From an uncultured Actinomycetes bacterium (GTDB lineage Bacteria > Actinomycetota > Actinomycetes > S36-B12 > CAIYMF01): DNA of 32,000 nt. Positions 11,012-19,013 of the stretch are shown here, in pieces; position 1 is the stretch's first letter; every line of letters starts with the position of its first letter. The translations under genes and the position numbers were made by a program. Location: the NCBI GenBank assembly GCA_963843975.1, contig CAWJMG010000001.1:840001-872000 (forward strand), in the 5' to 3' direction. The notes under the pieces were generated by a model, which was given only the letters and a program-made list of their open reading frames with translations, did not search any database and had not been told where the DNA came from.

Positions 11012-12970
11012 CTACGTCTGGGTGAGCCAGAGGGCGGCGTACGGCGCGAGCACGATCTGGCCGTCCTCGCGCTGCGGCGACTCGTCCGAGAGCCGGTCGA
11101 CGAGGGCCTCGTGCCGCAGGCTGCCGAGCACGGCGTCGTCGATGCGCTGCCAGTCGGCGCTCACGTTGTAGATCTGCACCAGGTCGCCCGCGGCATGGCG
11201 GCGCAGGACCGCGAGCACCGACGGGTTCGAGGTGTTCGCCGTCTGCGACTCGACCGCGGCATGCAGGGACGGCAGCTCGCGCCGCACCTCCCCCAGGTGC
11301 TTGATGACGCCGTGCATCCGGCCCTCGAGCGTGTACGGGTCGGAGCGCCGAGATGCCTTGTCCCACGGCATCTTCGGCCGGTGCATCCAGCGGTTGTCCT
11401 CGGCATGCGCCGGCTCGTCGAGGTAGGTGTCGTCGTTCAGCAGCGCGAGCTCGTCGCCCATGTACAGCAGCGGGATCCCGCCGAAGCCGTAGACGATCGC
11501 GTACGCGCAGCGCAGCCGGCGAAGCGCCTGCTCGAGCAGGGCGGAGTCGTTCGCCTCGAGCGCCGTCTCGACCCCGGCGAGCGAGGCGCCCGAGCCGCTG
11601 ATGCGGCTGTCGCCCGTCGCCTCGTTCACCTGGAACTCGGCGCCGCGCGCGGGGCTGCCGGGGAACGCGCCGACGAACCACTGCGACAGGAACCGCCTGT
11701 GGTCGTATCCGTTCCAGCCGATGGCCGCAGCGTCGCCGTCGTCGATCGCCCAGCCGATGTCGTCGTGGCAGCGGAGGTACGTCGCCCACGCGGTGGTGGT
11801 CGGCTTGGGCGGGAAGCTCTCCAGCGCCTGCACGAGCAGGCGCACGTCGTTCGTGGCGAGCGCCGACCAGATCTGCACCATGAGGCTGTTGTGGTACGCC
11901 AGGTCGGACACCTCGCCGGCGTACTCGCCGACGCCGAGGTACTTCACGAGGTCGCCCGGCGCCACGATCGCCTCGGCCTTGAACACCAGCGACGGCGCGG
12001 CGATCCGCGCGACCGCGCGCAGCGCGCGGGTGATGCCGTGCACCTCGGGCTGGTTCTGGCAGTTGGTGCCCAGCCGCTTCCAGAGGAACGCGATGGCGTC
12101 GAGGCGAAGGCAGTCGACGCCCTTGTTTGCCAGGAAGAGCATGAGGTCGGCGAACTCCGCGACGACGTCGGGGTTCGACCAGTTGAGGTCCCACTGGTAG
12201 GCGTTGAACGTCGTCCAGACCCAGCCCTGGAGGTCGTCGTCCCACGTGAAGTTGCCGGGCGCGAAGTCCGGGAACACCTCGGGCAGCGTGCGCTCGAAGC
12301 GGTCGGGCTCGGTGCGGTCGTCGTACACGTGGAAGTAGGCGCGGTACTTCGGGTCGCCGGTGCGCGCGGCCTCGGCCCAGGCGTGCTCCTTCGCGACGTG
12401 GTTGAGCACCAGGTCGATCGTGAGCGCGATGCCGTTGTCGTGCAGCACCGAGGCGAGCTTCTCGAGGTCGTCCATGCTGCCGAGGTCCGAGCGCACCTCG
12501 CGGTAGTCGGCCACGGCGTAGCCGCCGTCGTTCGCGCCCTCGCGCGGCTGCAGCAGCGGCATGAGGTGCAGGTACGTCGTCCCGAGCTCGCGGAGGTAGT
12601 CGACGTGCTCCGTGACGCCGGCCAGCGTGCCGGCGAAGCGGTCGGCGTAGCAGACGTAGCCGAGGGCGTCCGGGCGCTGGAACCAGTCGGCCACGAGCAG
12701 GCGGTCGGTGTCGCGGTCGCGCAGCGCCTCGGGGCGGGCGAGCCAGCCGTCGACGACGACCTCGGCGAGCCGCTCGACCAGGGCGTCGGACTGCGGGCCG
12801 AACACCGCGTGCACGCCGGCGGAGAGGTCCGGGCCCCACCGACGGGCGCGGGCGAGGAGGTCGGCGGCACCGGGTCGGGACTCGGCCGAGCGCGCGGCGA
12901 GCGCCCGCGCCACGGCCGAGGCGGCATCGACCCGCGACGGCGCAGGTGTAACCGGTGTCATGCCGCCCAT
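11012..12970 (-). CDS. amylosucrase-like GH13 alpha-amylase-family glucosyltransferase
   Basis: The 652-aa ORF carries the GH13 conserved regions DLVLNHVA, GVDCLRLDAIAFLWK, FKAEAIV and YLRCHDDIGW. Its length and the N-terminal YVCYADRFAG..LHLMPL..DGGYAVADYREV match amylosucrases. Substrate specificity is an inference. Confidence 0.82.
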   Translation of the reverse strand: MGGMTPVTPAPSRVDAASAVARALAARSAESRPGAADLLARARRWGPDLSAGVHAVFGPQSDALVERLAEVVVDGWLARPEALRDRDTDRLLVADWFQRPDALGYVCYADRFAGTLAGVTEHVDYLRELGTTYLHLMPLLQPREGANDGGYAVADYREVRSDLGSMDDLEKLASVLHDNGIALTIDLVLNHVAKEHAWAEAARTGDPKYRAYFHVYDDRTEPDRFERTLPEVFPDFAPGNFTWDDDLQGWVWTTFNAYQWDLNWSNPDVVAEFADLMLFLANKGVDCLRLDAIAFLWKRLGTNCQNQPEVHGITRALRAVARIAAPSLVFKAEAIVAPGDLVKYLGVGEYAGEVSDLAYHNSLMVQIWSALATNDVRLLVQALESFPPKPTTTAWATYLRCHDDIGWAIDDGDAAAIGWNGYDHRRFLSQWFVGAFPGSPARGAEFQVNEATGDSRISGSGASLAGVETALEANDSALLEQALRRLRCAYAIVYGFGGIPLLYMGDELALLNDDTYLDEPAHAEDNRWMHRPKMPWDKASRRSDPYTLEGRMHGVIKHLGEVRRELPSLHAAVESQTANTSNPSVLAVLRRHAAGDLVQIYNVSADWQRIDDAVLGSLRHEALVDRLSDESPQREDGQIVLAPYAALWLTQT

Positions 12971-13179
12971 TGTGGCCCCTCAGCACCCCTCGGCGGGAGT
13001 CCCCTCCGCCTCTTCGTTTGGGCAGCGTTCCCGCAGGTCAGCGCCGTGCGGCCCGCGTCGGGCCCCCGGCCGGAGGCCTGTCGGGCCCGCCGAGCGGCGG
13101 CGGCGCGGCGAACGGCTCGGAAACACCGGTGACACCGATCAGCACGCAAGCGGTAACACCGAGGGGGCACACTTCGCCC

Positions 13180-14820
13180 ATGCCCAGCGCGACGACACCG
13201 TCGGAGAGCCTCTCCGCCTTCGACGAGATGGTCGACGCGAGCGGTGAGCCGAGGCCCGGCATGGCCGGCATCGCGGGCGTCCTCAGCGGCCTCGGGGCCG
13301 AGGGGCTGTCCGAGCGGGCGCGCCTGCGCGACGCCTACCTCGACCGCCAGGGCATCACGTTCTCGCTGTCCGGCCGCGAGCGCCCCCTGCCCATGGACCT
13401 CGTCCCGCGCGTGGTCGCGGCCGAGGAGTGGGAACAGGTCGAGAAGGGGATCCGCCAGCGGATCCGCGCGCTCGAGATGTTCCTGGCGGACGTCTACGGG
13501 CCTGGCGAGATCCTCGAGGACGGCGTCATCTCCCGCCGACTCGTGACCAGCTCCAAGCACTACCACCGGGCCGCGTTCGGCCTCGTCCCGCCGAACGGCG
13601 TCCGCATCCACGTCGCCGGCATCGACCTCATCCGCGACGAGGCCGGCACCTTCCGCGTCCTCGAGGACAACCTGCGCTGCCCGTCCGGCGTCTCGTACGT
13701 CCTGGAGAACCGGCGCACCCTCGCGCACGTCCTCCCCGAGGTGTTCGCGGGACAGCAGGTGCGGTCGGTGTTCGAGTACCCCGAGCGCCTGCTCGATGCG
13801 CTGCGGGCGGCTGCGCCGTCCGACGTCGCCGACCCGACCGTCGCCGTCCTCACCCCCGGCGTCCACAACTCCGCCCACTTCGAGCACGCCTTCCTCGCGC
13901 GCCGCATGGGCGCCGAGCTCGTCGAGGGCCGCGACCTGTTCTGCCGCGACGACCGGCTCTGGATGCGCACCGTCCGCGGCCCGCGCCCCGTGCACGTGAT
14001 CTACCGCCGCATCGACGACGAGTACCTCGACCCGGTCCACTTCGTGCCCGACTCGCTCCTCGGCGTCCCCGGCCTGCTCAACGCTGCTCGCGCCGGCAAC
14101 GTCGCGATCGCGAACGCGGTCGGCAACGGCGTCGCCGACGACAAGGCGATCTACCCGTTCGTCCCGGCGATGATCGACTACTACCTCGGCGAGACCGCGA
14201 TCCTGCCGAACGTCGAGACCTACGACCTCTCCGACGCCGACCAGCGCGAGTTCGTGCTCGAGCGCCTCGACCACATGGTCGTGAAGCCGGTCGACGGCTC
14301 GGGCGGCTATGGCCTCGTCATCGGCAACCAGGCGAGCGAGGCGGTGCTCGCGGAGACGGCGGCGACGATCCAGGCCGATCCCCGCTCATGGATCGCGCAA
14401 CCGATCGTCAACCTCTCGACCTGCCCGACCGTCGTCGGCGACGGCGCGGTCGAGCCGCGGCACGTCGACCTTCGGCCCTTCGCCGTGAACGACGGCGACG
14501 AGACCTACGTCCTCCCGGGCGGCCTCACCCGCGTGGCGCTCCCCAAGGGCAGCCTCGTCGTGAACTCCTCGCAGGGCGGCGGCTCCAAGGACACCTGGGT
14601 GCTCGAGGAGGAGCCGCGCGAGGTCGGTACCGACGGCCGTACGCCGCCTCCGCGCGTCACGCGCGTGCGCCGAAGCGCGGTCGCACGCCACCACGCGCCC
14701 GTCGTCGCCGACGACCGCCTCCGCCAGCAGGAGGGCCAGCAGCAGCAGGGCGCGGCCGCTCGCGATGCCGTGCGCGACAACGGGGATCAGCAGTCACCCT
14801 CGGGGAGCCCGACGTGCTGA
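13180..14820 (+). CDS. circularly permuted type-2 ATP-grasp protein (COG2308-like)
   Basis: This is the in-frame part of ORF 12955..14820, from ATG 13180 (MPSATTPSESLSAFDEMVD..). Hallmark stretches are IDLIRDEAGTFRVLEDNLRCPSGVSYVLENR, NAVGNGVADDKAIYPFVP, VVKPVDGSGGYG and LPGGLTRVALPKGSLVVNSSQGGGSKDTWVL. Third-position GC stays high in the Q/R-rich C-terminal tail, so the tail appears to be translated. Confidence 0.85.
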   Translation: MPSATTPSESLSAFDEMVDASGEPRPGMAGIAGVLSGLGAEGLSERARLRDAYLDRQGITFSLSGRERPLPMDLVPRVVAAEEWEQVEKGIRQRIRALEMFLADVYGPGEILEDGVISRRLVTSSKHYHRAAFGLVPPNGVRIHVAGIDLIRDEAGTFRVLEDNLRCPSGVSYVLENRRTLAHVLPEVFAGQQVRSVFEYPERLLDALRAAAPSDVADPTVAVLTPGVHNSAHFEHAFLARRMGAELVEGRDLFCRDDRLWMRTVRGPRPVHVIYRRIDDEYLDPVHFVPDSLLGVPGLLNAARAGNVAIANAVGNGVADDKAIYPFVPAMIDYYLGETAILPNVETYDLSDADQREFVLERLDHMVVKPVDGSGGYGLVIGNQASEAVLAETAATIQADPRSWIAQPIVNLSTCPTVVGDGAVEPRHVDLRPFAVNDGDETYVLPGGLTRVALPKGSLVVNSSQGGGSKDTWVLEEEPREVGTDGRTPPPRVTRVRRSAVARHHAPVVADDRLRQQEGQQQQGAAARDAVRDNGDQQSPSGSPTC

Positions 14821-15722
14821 GCCGCCTCGCGGAGTCGTTCTACTGGATCGGCCGCTATCTCGAGCGCGCCGAGGCCACCGCCCGTCTGCTCGCCGAGCAC
14901 TACCACCTGACGGTGGAGGACCGGTCGGTGCCGGACGACGTCGCGGCGACCGTCGTCCTCGACGCGCTGACGCTGCCCCACGACGACGTCACGACGCCGA
15001 CCGAGCTCGTCCGCGCGCTCCTCGGCGACGTGAGCAACCCGTCGACCGTCATCGGTGCCGTCGGTGCCGCACGCGAGAACGCGCGGTCCGTGCGCGACGC
15101 GCTGTCGGGCGACGTGTTCGAGTCGCTGAACGGCGCCTATCTCACCCTGACCCGTGGCCTCATGGCGGCGGCGAGCCCGGGGCCGTCGATGTACCGCGTG
15201 ATCGAGCGGCTCATGGTCGTCAACGGCGCCGTCGAGTGGACCATGTCGCGCGACGAGGGCCACTGGTTCCTCATGCTCGGCCGTTCGCTCGAGCGCGTCG
15301 ACATGACCGGCCGCCTGCTCGAGGTACGGCACGAGCAGCTCTGGCCCGACACGGGTCCGGTCGCCACCCTCCGTGCTGCTGCTGGGCTTTCGCCGTTCCT
15401 CCGCACCGGCGAGGCACCGACCGGCGACATGGTGCGGCGGTTCCTCGTGCTCGAGCCGACGTTCCCCCGCTCGATGCTCCACAGCGCGCAGCAGGCCGAG
15501 GCGGCCGTCCGCGGCCTCCAGTCGTACGGCAGCGGCGCCGACGGCGATCTCGTCCGCGAGGTCGGCCTCATGCGCTCGCGGCTCGAGTTCGCCGGCACCG
15601 ACGACGACCCGGCCCTGCTCGACCAGCTCGCGCACGACACCCAGCTCTCCGCCGTCAACGCGGGCCTCGCGACGGCCGACTCGTACTTCCGCCAGGCCGG
15701 CACGATCGTGTGGAGCCACTGA
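14814..15722 (+). CDS. alpha-E domain protein (COG2307-like)
   Basis: GTG 14814 is preceded by GGGGAG (14802-14807). The sequence reads (V)LSRLAESFYWIGRYLERAEATARLL..GHWFLMLGRSLERVDMTGRLL, a typical alpha-E signature. It overlaps the ATP-grasp stop by 7 nt, and its own stop overlaps the next ATG by 1 nt. Confidence 0.85.
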   Translation: MLSRLAESFYWIGRYLERAEATARLLAEHYHLTVEDRSVPDDVAATVVLDALTLPHDDVTTPTELVRALLGDVSNPSTVIGAVGAARENARSVRDALSGDVFESLNGAYLTLTRGLMAAASPGPSMYRVIERLMVVNGAVEWTMSRDEGHWFLMLGRSLERVDMTGRLLEVRHEQLWPDTGPVATLRAAAGLSPFLRTGEAPTGDMVRRFLVLEPTFPRSMLHSAQQAEAAVRGLQSYGSGADGDLVREVGLMRSRLEFAGTDDDPALLDQLAHDTQLSAVNAGLATADSYFRQAGTIVWSH

Positions 15723-16579
15723 TGTCGACCGGACGCCGCCTGCGCATCACGCACCGCACGGGCTACCGCTACAGCGCGCCCGTGCAGGCGTCGTTCAACG
15801 AGGTCCGCATGACCCCGCGCGACGCCGACGGCCAGATGCTGCTCTCGCACCAGCTGCAGGTGTCGCCGCGCGCGTCGGTGCAGGCCTACGTCGACTACTG
15901 GGGTGCGCTGGTGCAGTCGTTCGACGTGCACGAGGAGCACGAGATGCTCGAGATCGTCGCGACGTCGCTCGTCGACGTGCCGCGCGGCGGCCCCGAGCTC
16001 GAGGGTGTCGGCTGGGACGACGTCACCGCACCCCCGGTGATCGACCGGTGGGGCGAGTTCCTCGTACCGACCAACCTCGTCGACGACGCGGCCACGGATC
16101 CCGCACGAGCGGGAATCGTGGCGGACCTGCGCGCGCTCGCCTCGCCCAAGGAGGCGATCCACGGCGCGATCGACGCGACCCGCGCGCGGATCCGGTACGA
16201 CGACTCCGCGACGGGCGTCCGCACGACGGCAGCACAGGCGTGGGAGATCGGCGGCGGCGTCTGCCAGGACTACTCGCACACACTGCTCTCGCTGCTGCGC
16301 TCGCTGCGCATCCCCGCCCGCTACGTCAGCGGCTACCTCCACGACGAGGAGGAGACGCCCGGGCGCACCGTGTTCGGCGAGAGCCACGCGTGGGTCGAGG
16401 TGTGGAACGGCGGCTGGGAGGCCTTCGACCCCACCAACGACCGCACCGTCGGATCGGCGCACGTCGTCGTGGCCCGCGGTCGCGACTACTCCGACGTCCC
16501 GCCGCTCAAGGGCATCTACGCCGGCGGCGCGAGCGAGAGCCTCGGCGTCACGGTGGAGATCACCCAGCTCCCCGTCTGA
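15722..16579 (+). CDS. transglutaminase-family protein (Cys-His-Asp papain-like fold)
   Basis: Starts at ATG 15722 (MSTGRRLRITHRTGYRYSAPV..). The catalytic-triad context is GGGVCQDYSH, ESHAWVEVW and AFDPTN, with a C-terminal KGIYAGG. Confidence 0.9.
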   Translation: MSTGRRLRITHRTGYRYSAPVQASFNEVRMTPRDADGQMLLSHQLQVSPRASVQAYVDYWGALVQSFDVHEEHEMLEIVATSLVDVPRGGPELEGVGWDDVTAPPVIDRWGEFLVPTNLVDDAATDPARAGIVADLRALASPKEAIHGAIDATRARIRYDDSATGVRTTAAQAWEIGGGVCQDYSHTLLSLLRSLRIPARYVSGYLHDEEETPGRTVFGESHAWVEVWNGGWEAFDPTNDRTVGSAHVVVARGRDYSDVPPLKGIYAGGASESLGVTVEITQLPV

Positions 16580-16590
16580 CCCACTCCACC

Positions 16591-16642
16591 CGATTTGGTA
16601 GTGCTAGGTCGCGCTATAGCGCGCCTTAGCACTACCAAATCG
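16591..16642. repeat. 52-nt near-perfect palindrome (possible terminator, operator or small repeat element)
   Basis: The sequence is cgatttggtagtgcta-ggt-cgcgcta|tagcgcg-cct-tagcactaccaaatcg. The outer arms are a perfect 16/16 match, and the inner cgcgcta/tagcgcg arms are perfect. There are only 2 mismatched positions (one a G.U pair in RNA). The arms are markedly AT-richer than the surroundings. It lies 12 nt after the transglutaminase stop and 23 nt before tesB. Confidence 0.6.
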
Positions 16643-16664
16643 ACGATCACGGCAGAGTGTCCCC

Positions 16665-17486
16665 ATGGTGGCCAGCGTCCCGGAGCTCCTGACCCTGCTC
16701 GACCTCGAGTGGATCGACGACGACCTGCTGCGCGGCCACGCCCCGGCGACGACCCTGCAGCGCGTCTTCGGCGGGCAGGTGCTCGCCCAGGCGCTCGTCG
16801 CCGGCGCGCGCACCGTGCCGGACGACCGCCCGCCGCACTCGCTGCACGGCTACTTCCTGCGCCCCGGCGACCCGTCCGTCCCGATCGTCTACCTCGTCGA
16901 GCGCACGCGCGACGGAGGCTCGTTCACCACCCGCCGCGTCATCGCGCGCCAGCACGGCCGCCCGATCTTCCACATGACCGCGTCGTTCCAGGTCGTCGAG
17001 GAGGGCCTCGAGCACCAGGACGTCATGCCCGAGGTGCCTGAGCCCGAAGGCCTGCCGACCCTCGCGGAGCGCATCGCCGCGAGTGGACGACCGGTGTCGC
17101 CCGACGAGTGGGGTGTGCTCGACGTGCGGTACGGCGGGGAGGCCCCCGACCGGCTGCAGGTGTGGCTGCGCACGATCGACGAGCTGCCCGACGGCGCGGC
17201 GCTGCACGCGGCCGTCCTTGCCTACGCGAGCGACCTCACCATCCTCGGCACCGCGCTGCGGCCGCACGGGATCGGCTTCGACGACCCGCGGCTCATCAGC
17301 GCGTCCATCGACCACGCCATGTGGTTCCACCGCCCGGCGCGGGCCGACCGGTGGCTGCTGCACGACCAGGACACTGCCTCGGCGTCCGGCGGCCGCGGCC
17401 TCGGACGCGGGAAGATGTTCGACCAGCAGGGTCGGCTCGTGGCGACCACCGTCCAGGAGGGTCTCATGCGGCTTCGCCGCGACTGA
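16665..17486 (+). CDS. tesB: acyl-CoA thioesterase II
   Basis: The 273-aa ORF reads LLDLEWIDDDLLRG..VFGGQVLAQALVAG..HSLHGYFLRPGD..VERTRDGGSFTTRRV...HAMWFHRP...GGRGLGRGKMFDQQGRLVATTVQEGLMR, a double hot-dog TesB pattern. Confidence 0.9.
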   Translation: MVASVPELLTLLDLEWIDDDLLRGHAPATTLQRVFGGQVLAQALVAGARTVPDDRPPHSLHGYFLRPGDPSVPIVYLVERTRDGGSFTTRRVIARQHGRPIFHMTASFQVVEEGLEHQDVMPEVPEPEGLPTLAERIAASGRPVSPDEWGVLDVRYGGEAPDRLQVWLRTIDELPDGAALHAAVLAYASDLTILGTALRPHGIGFDDPRLISASIDHAMWFHRPARADRWLLHDQDTASASGGRGLGRGKMFDQQGRLVATTVQEGLMRLRRD

Positions 17487-17625
17487 GCCGCACGTCCTGG
17501 GCAGATTGCCCATCGAATCGCTCGAATCAGCGGCATTCTGTGTGCCGGTATGCCATCGCCTTGCACGCCCTGCTGGGTGTCGGCACAGTGCGGGTCCGAC
17601 CTGACGACGAGCAAGGGACAGCCGC

Positions 17626-19005
17626 GTGAGCGAGACCCGGGACGACACCCCGCAGGGCCCCGCGCCCTCGAGCATCTGGGGCGACGAGACCCCGGTCGTC
17701 GACGCTGTCGTCGGCTGGGCCGCCCAACGGGTGGTCACGGCGTCCGACCCCAAGTCCACCGCCCATGCCGCCTCCGAGCTCGCGGCCGCGACCGGTCCGA
17801 CGGTGACGCCCGAGGGCATCGGCCACGTGGAGGCGCTGCGCCTCTTCCGCGACGTGCTCGCTCCGGCGACACGCGCGCAGGACGACCCGCTCAACCTCGC
17901 CTACATCCCCGCCGCGCCCACCCGCGCGGCCATCTCGTTCGACCTCGCCACGAGCGCGGCCAACGTCTTCGCCGGCTACTGGGAGACGGGAGCCGGCGCC
18001 ATCCATGCCGAGAACCAGGCGCTCGCCTGGATCTGCTCGCTGCTCGGCTGGCCCACCACCGCGGGCGGCGTCTTCGTCTCCGGCGGCACGAGCGGGAACC
18101 TGTCCGCTCTCGTCGCCGCGCGGCACACGCACGAGCAGCGGCACGGCCGCCCCGAGGGGCGCTGGCGGCTCGCCTGCACCCACGACGCGCACTCGTCGAT
18201 CCGCGCGGCTGCGCGCGTGATGGACGTCGAGGTCGTCGAGGTGCCGGGCGACGAGCTCGGCCGCCTCACCGGCGATCGGCTCGACGCCGTCCTCACCGAG
18301 AACCCCGGCGTCTTCGCGGTCGTGAGCTCGGCCGGCACCACCAACAGCGGCGTCGTCGACGACCTCGCCGGCGTCGCCGACGCGTGCGAGCGCCACGGCG
18401 TGTGGATGCACGTCGACGGCGCGTACGGCGGCGCCGGTCTCGCGGCGCCGTCGGTCCGCCATCTGTTCGACGGCATCGAGCGCGCCGACAGCTTCATCGT
18501 CGATCCCCACAAGTGGCTGTTCGCGCCGTACGACTCCTGCGCCCTCGTCTACCGGCAGCCCGAGCTCGCCCGCGCGGCGCACGCGCAGAAGGCCAGCTAT
18601 CTCGACCAGGTCGACCGCGCCGAGTGGAACCCGTCCGATCTCGCCGTCCACCTGTCGCGCCGGGCGCGCGGCCTGCCGTTCTGGTTCAGCCTCGCCACCC
18701 ACGGCACCGACCGCTACACCGCGGCGATCGAGCGCAGCATCGCCACGGCGAGGGTCGTGGCGCACGCGATATCGGAGTCCGACCACCTGTCGCTCTGCTT
18801 CGAGCCCCACCTGTCGGTGCTGCTGTTCGAGCGCGAGGGGTGGACCGACGAGCAGTACCGCGCCTGGTCGACGAAACTCGCCAAGGACGGCGTGATCCTG
18901 TGCCTGCCCACGCAGTGGAAGGGGCGCACCGTGCTGCGCCTGGCGTTCGTCAACCCGGCCACGCACTCCGACGACGTCCTCGCCGCGCTGGAGTCGTTGC
19001 GCTGA
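17626..19005 (+). CDS. pyridoxal-phosphate-dependent (group II) decarboxylase-family protein
   Basis: The 459-aa ORF starts at GTG. Motifs are GGTSGNLSALVAAR, HVDGAYGG and the PLP-lysine motif SFIVDPHKWLFAPYD. The substrate cannot be inferred from the sequence alone. Confidence 0.85.
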   Translation: MSETRDDTPQGPAPSSIWGDETPVVDAVVGWAAQRVVTASDPKSTAHAASELAAATGPTVTPEGIGHVEALRLFRDVLAPATRAQDDPLNLAYIPAAPTRAAISFDLATSAANVFAGYWETGAGAIHAENQALAWICSLLGWPTTAGGVFVSGGTSGNLSALVAARHTHEQRHGRPEGRWRLACTHDAHSSIRAAARVMDVEVVEVPGDELGRLTGDRLDAVLTENPGVFAVVSSAGTTNSGVVDDLAGVADACERHGVWMHVDGAYGGAGLAAPSVRHLFDGIERADSFIVDPHKWLFAPYDSCALVYRQPELARAAHAQKASYLDQVDRAEWNPSDLAVHLSRRARGLPFWFSLATHGTDRYTAAIERSIATARVVAHAISESDHLSLCFEPHLSVLLFEREGWTDEQYRAWSTKLAKDGVILCLPTQWKGRTVLRLAFVNPATHSDDVLAALESLR

Positions 19006-19013
19006 AAGGCTTC

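Noticed and set aside
10379-13132. 917-aa + strand ORF and 810-aa minus-strand ORF (10554..12986) over the amylosucrase locus
   Set aside because: Only the 11012..12970 minus frame carries GH13 conserved regions. The other two are antisense or off-frame shadows.
14600-14820. Suspected frameshift in the odd R/Q-rich C-terminal tail of the ATP-grasp protein
   Set aside because: Third-codon-position G/C stays very high in the annotated frame through to the stop. The two alternative frames give worse sequence, so the tail appears genuinely translated.
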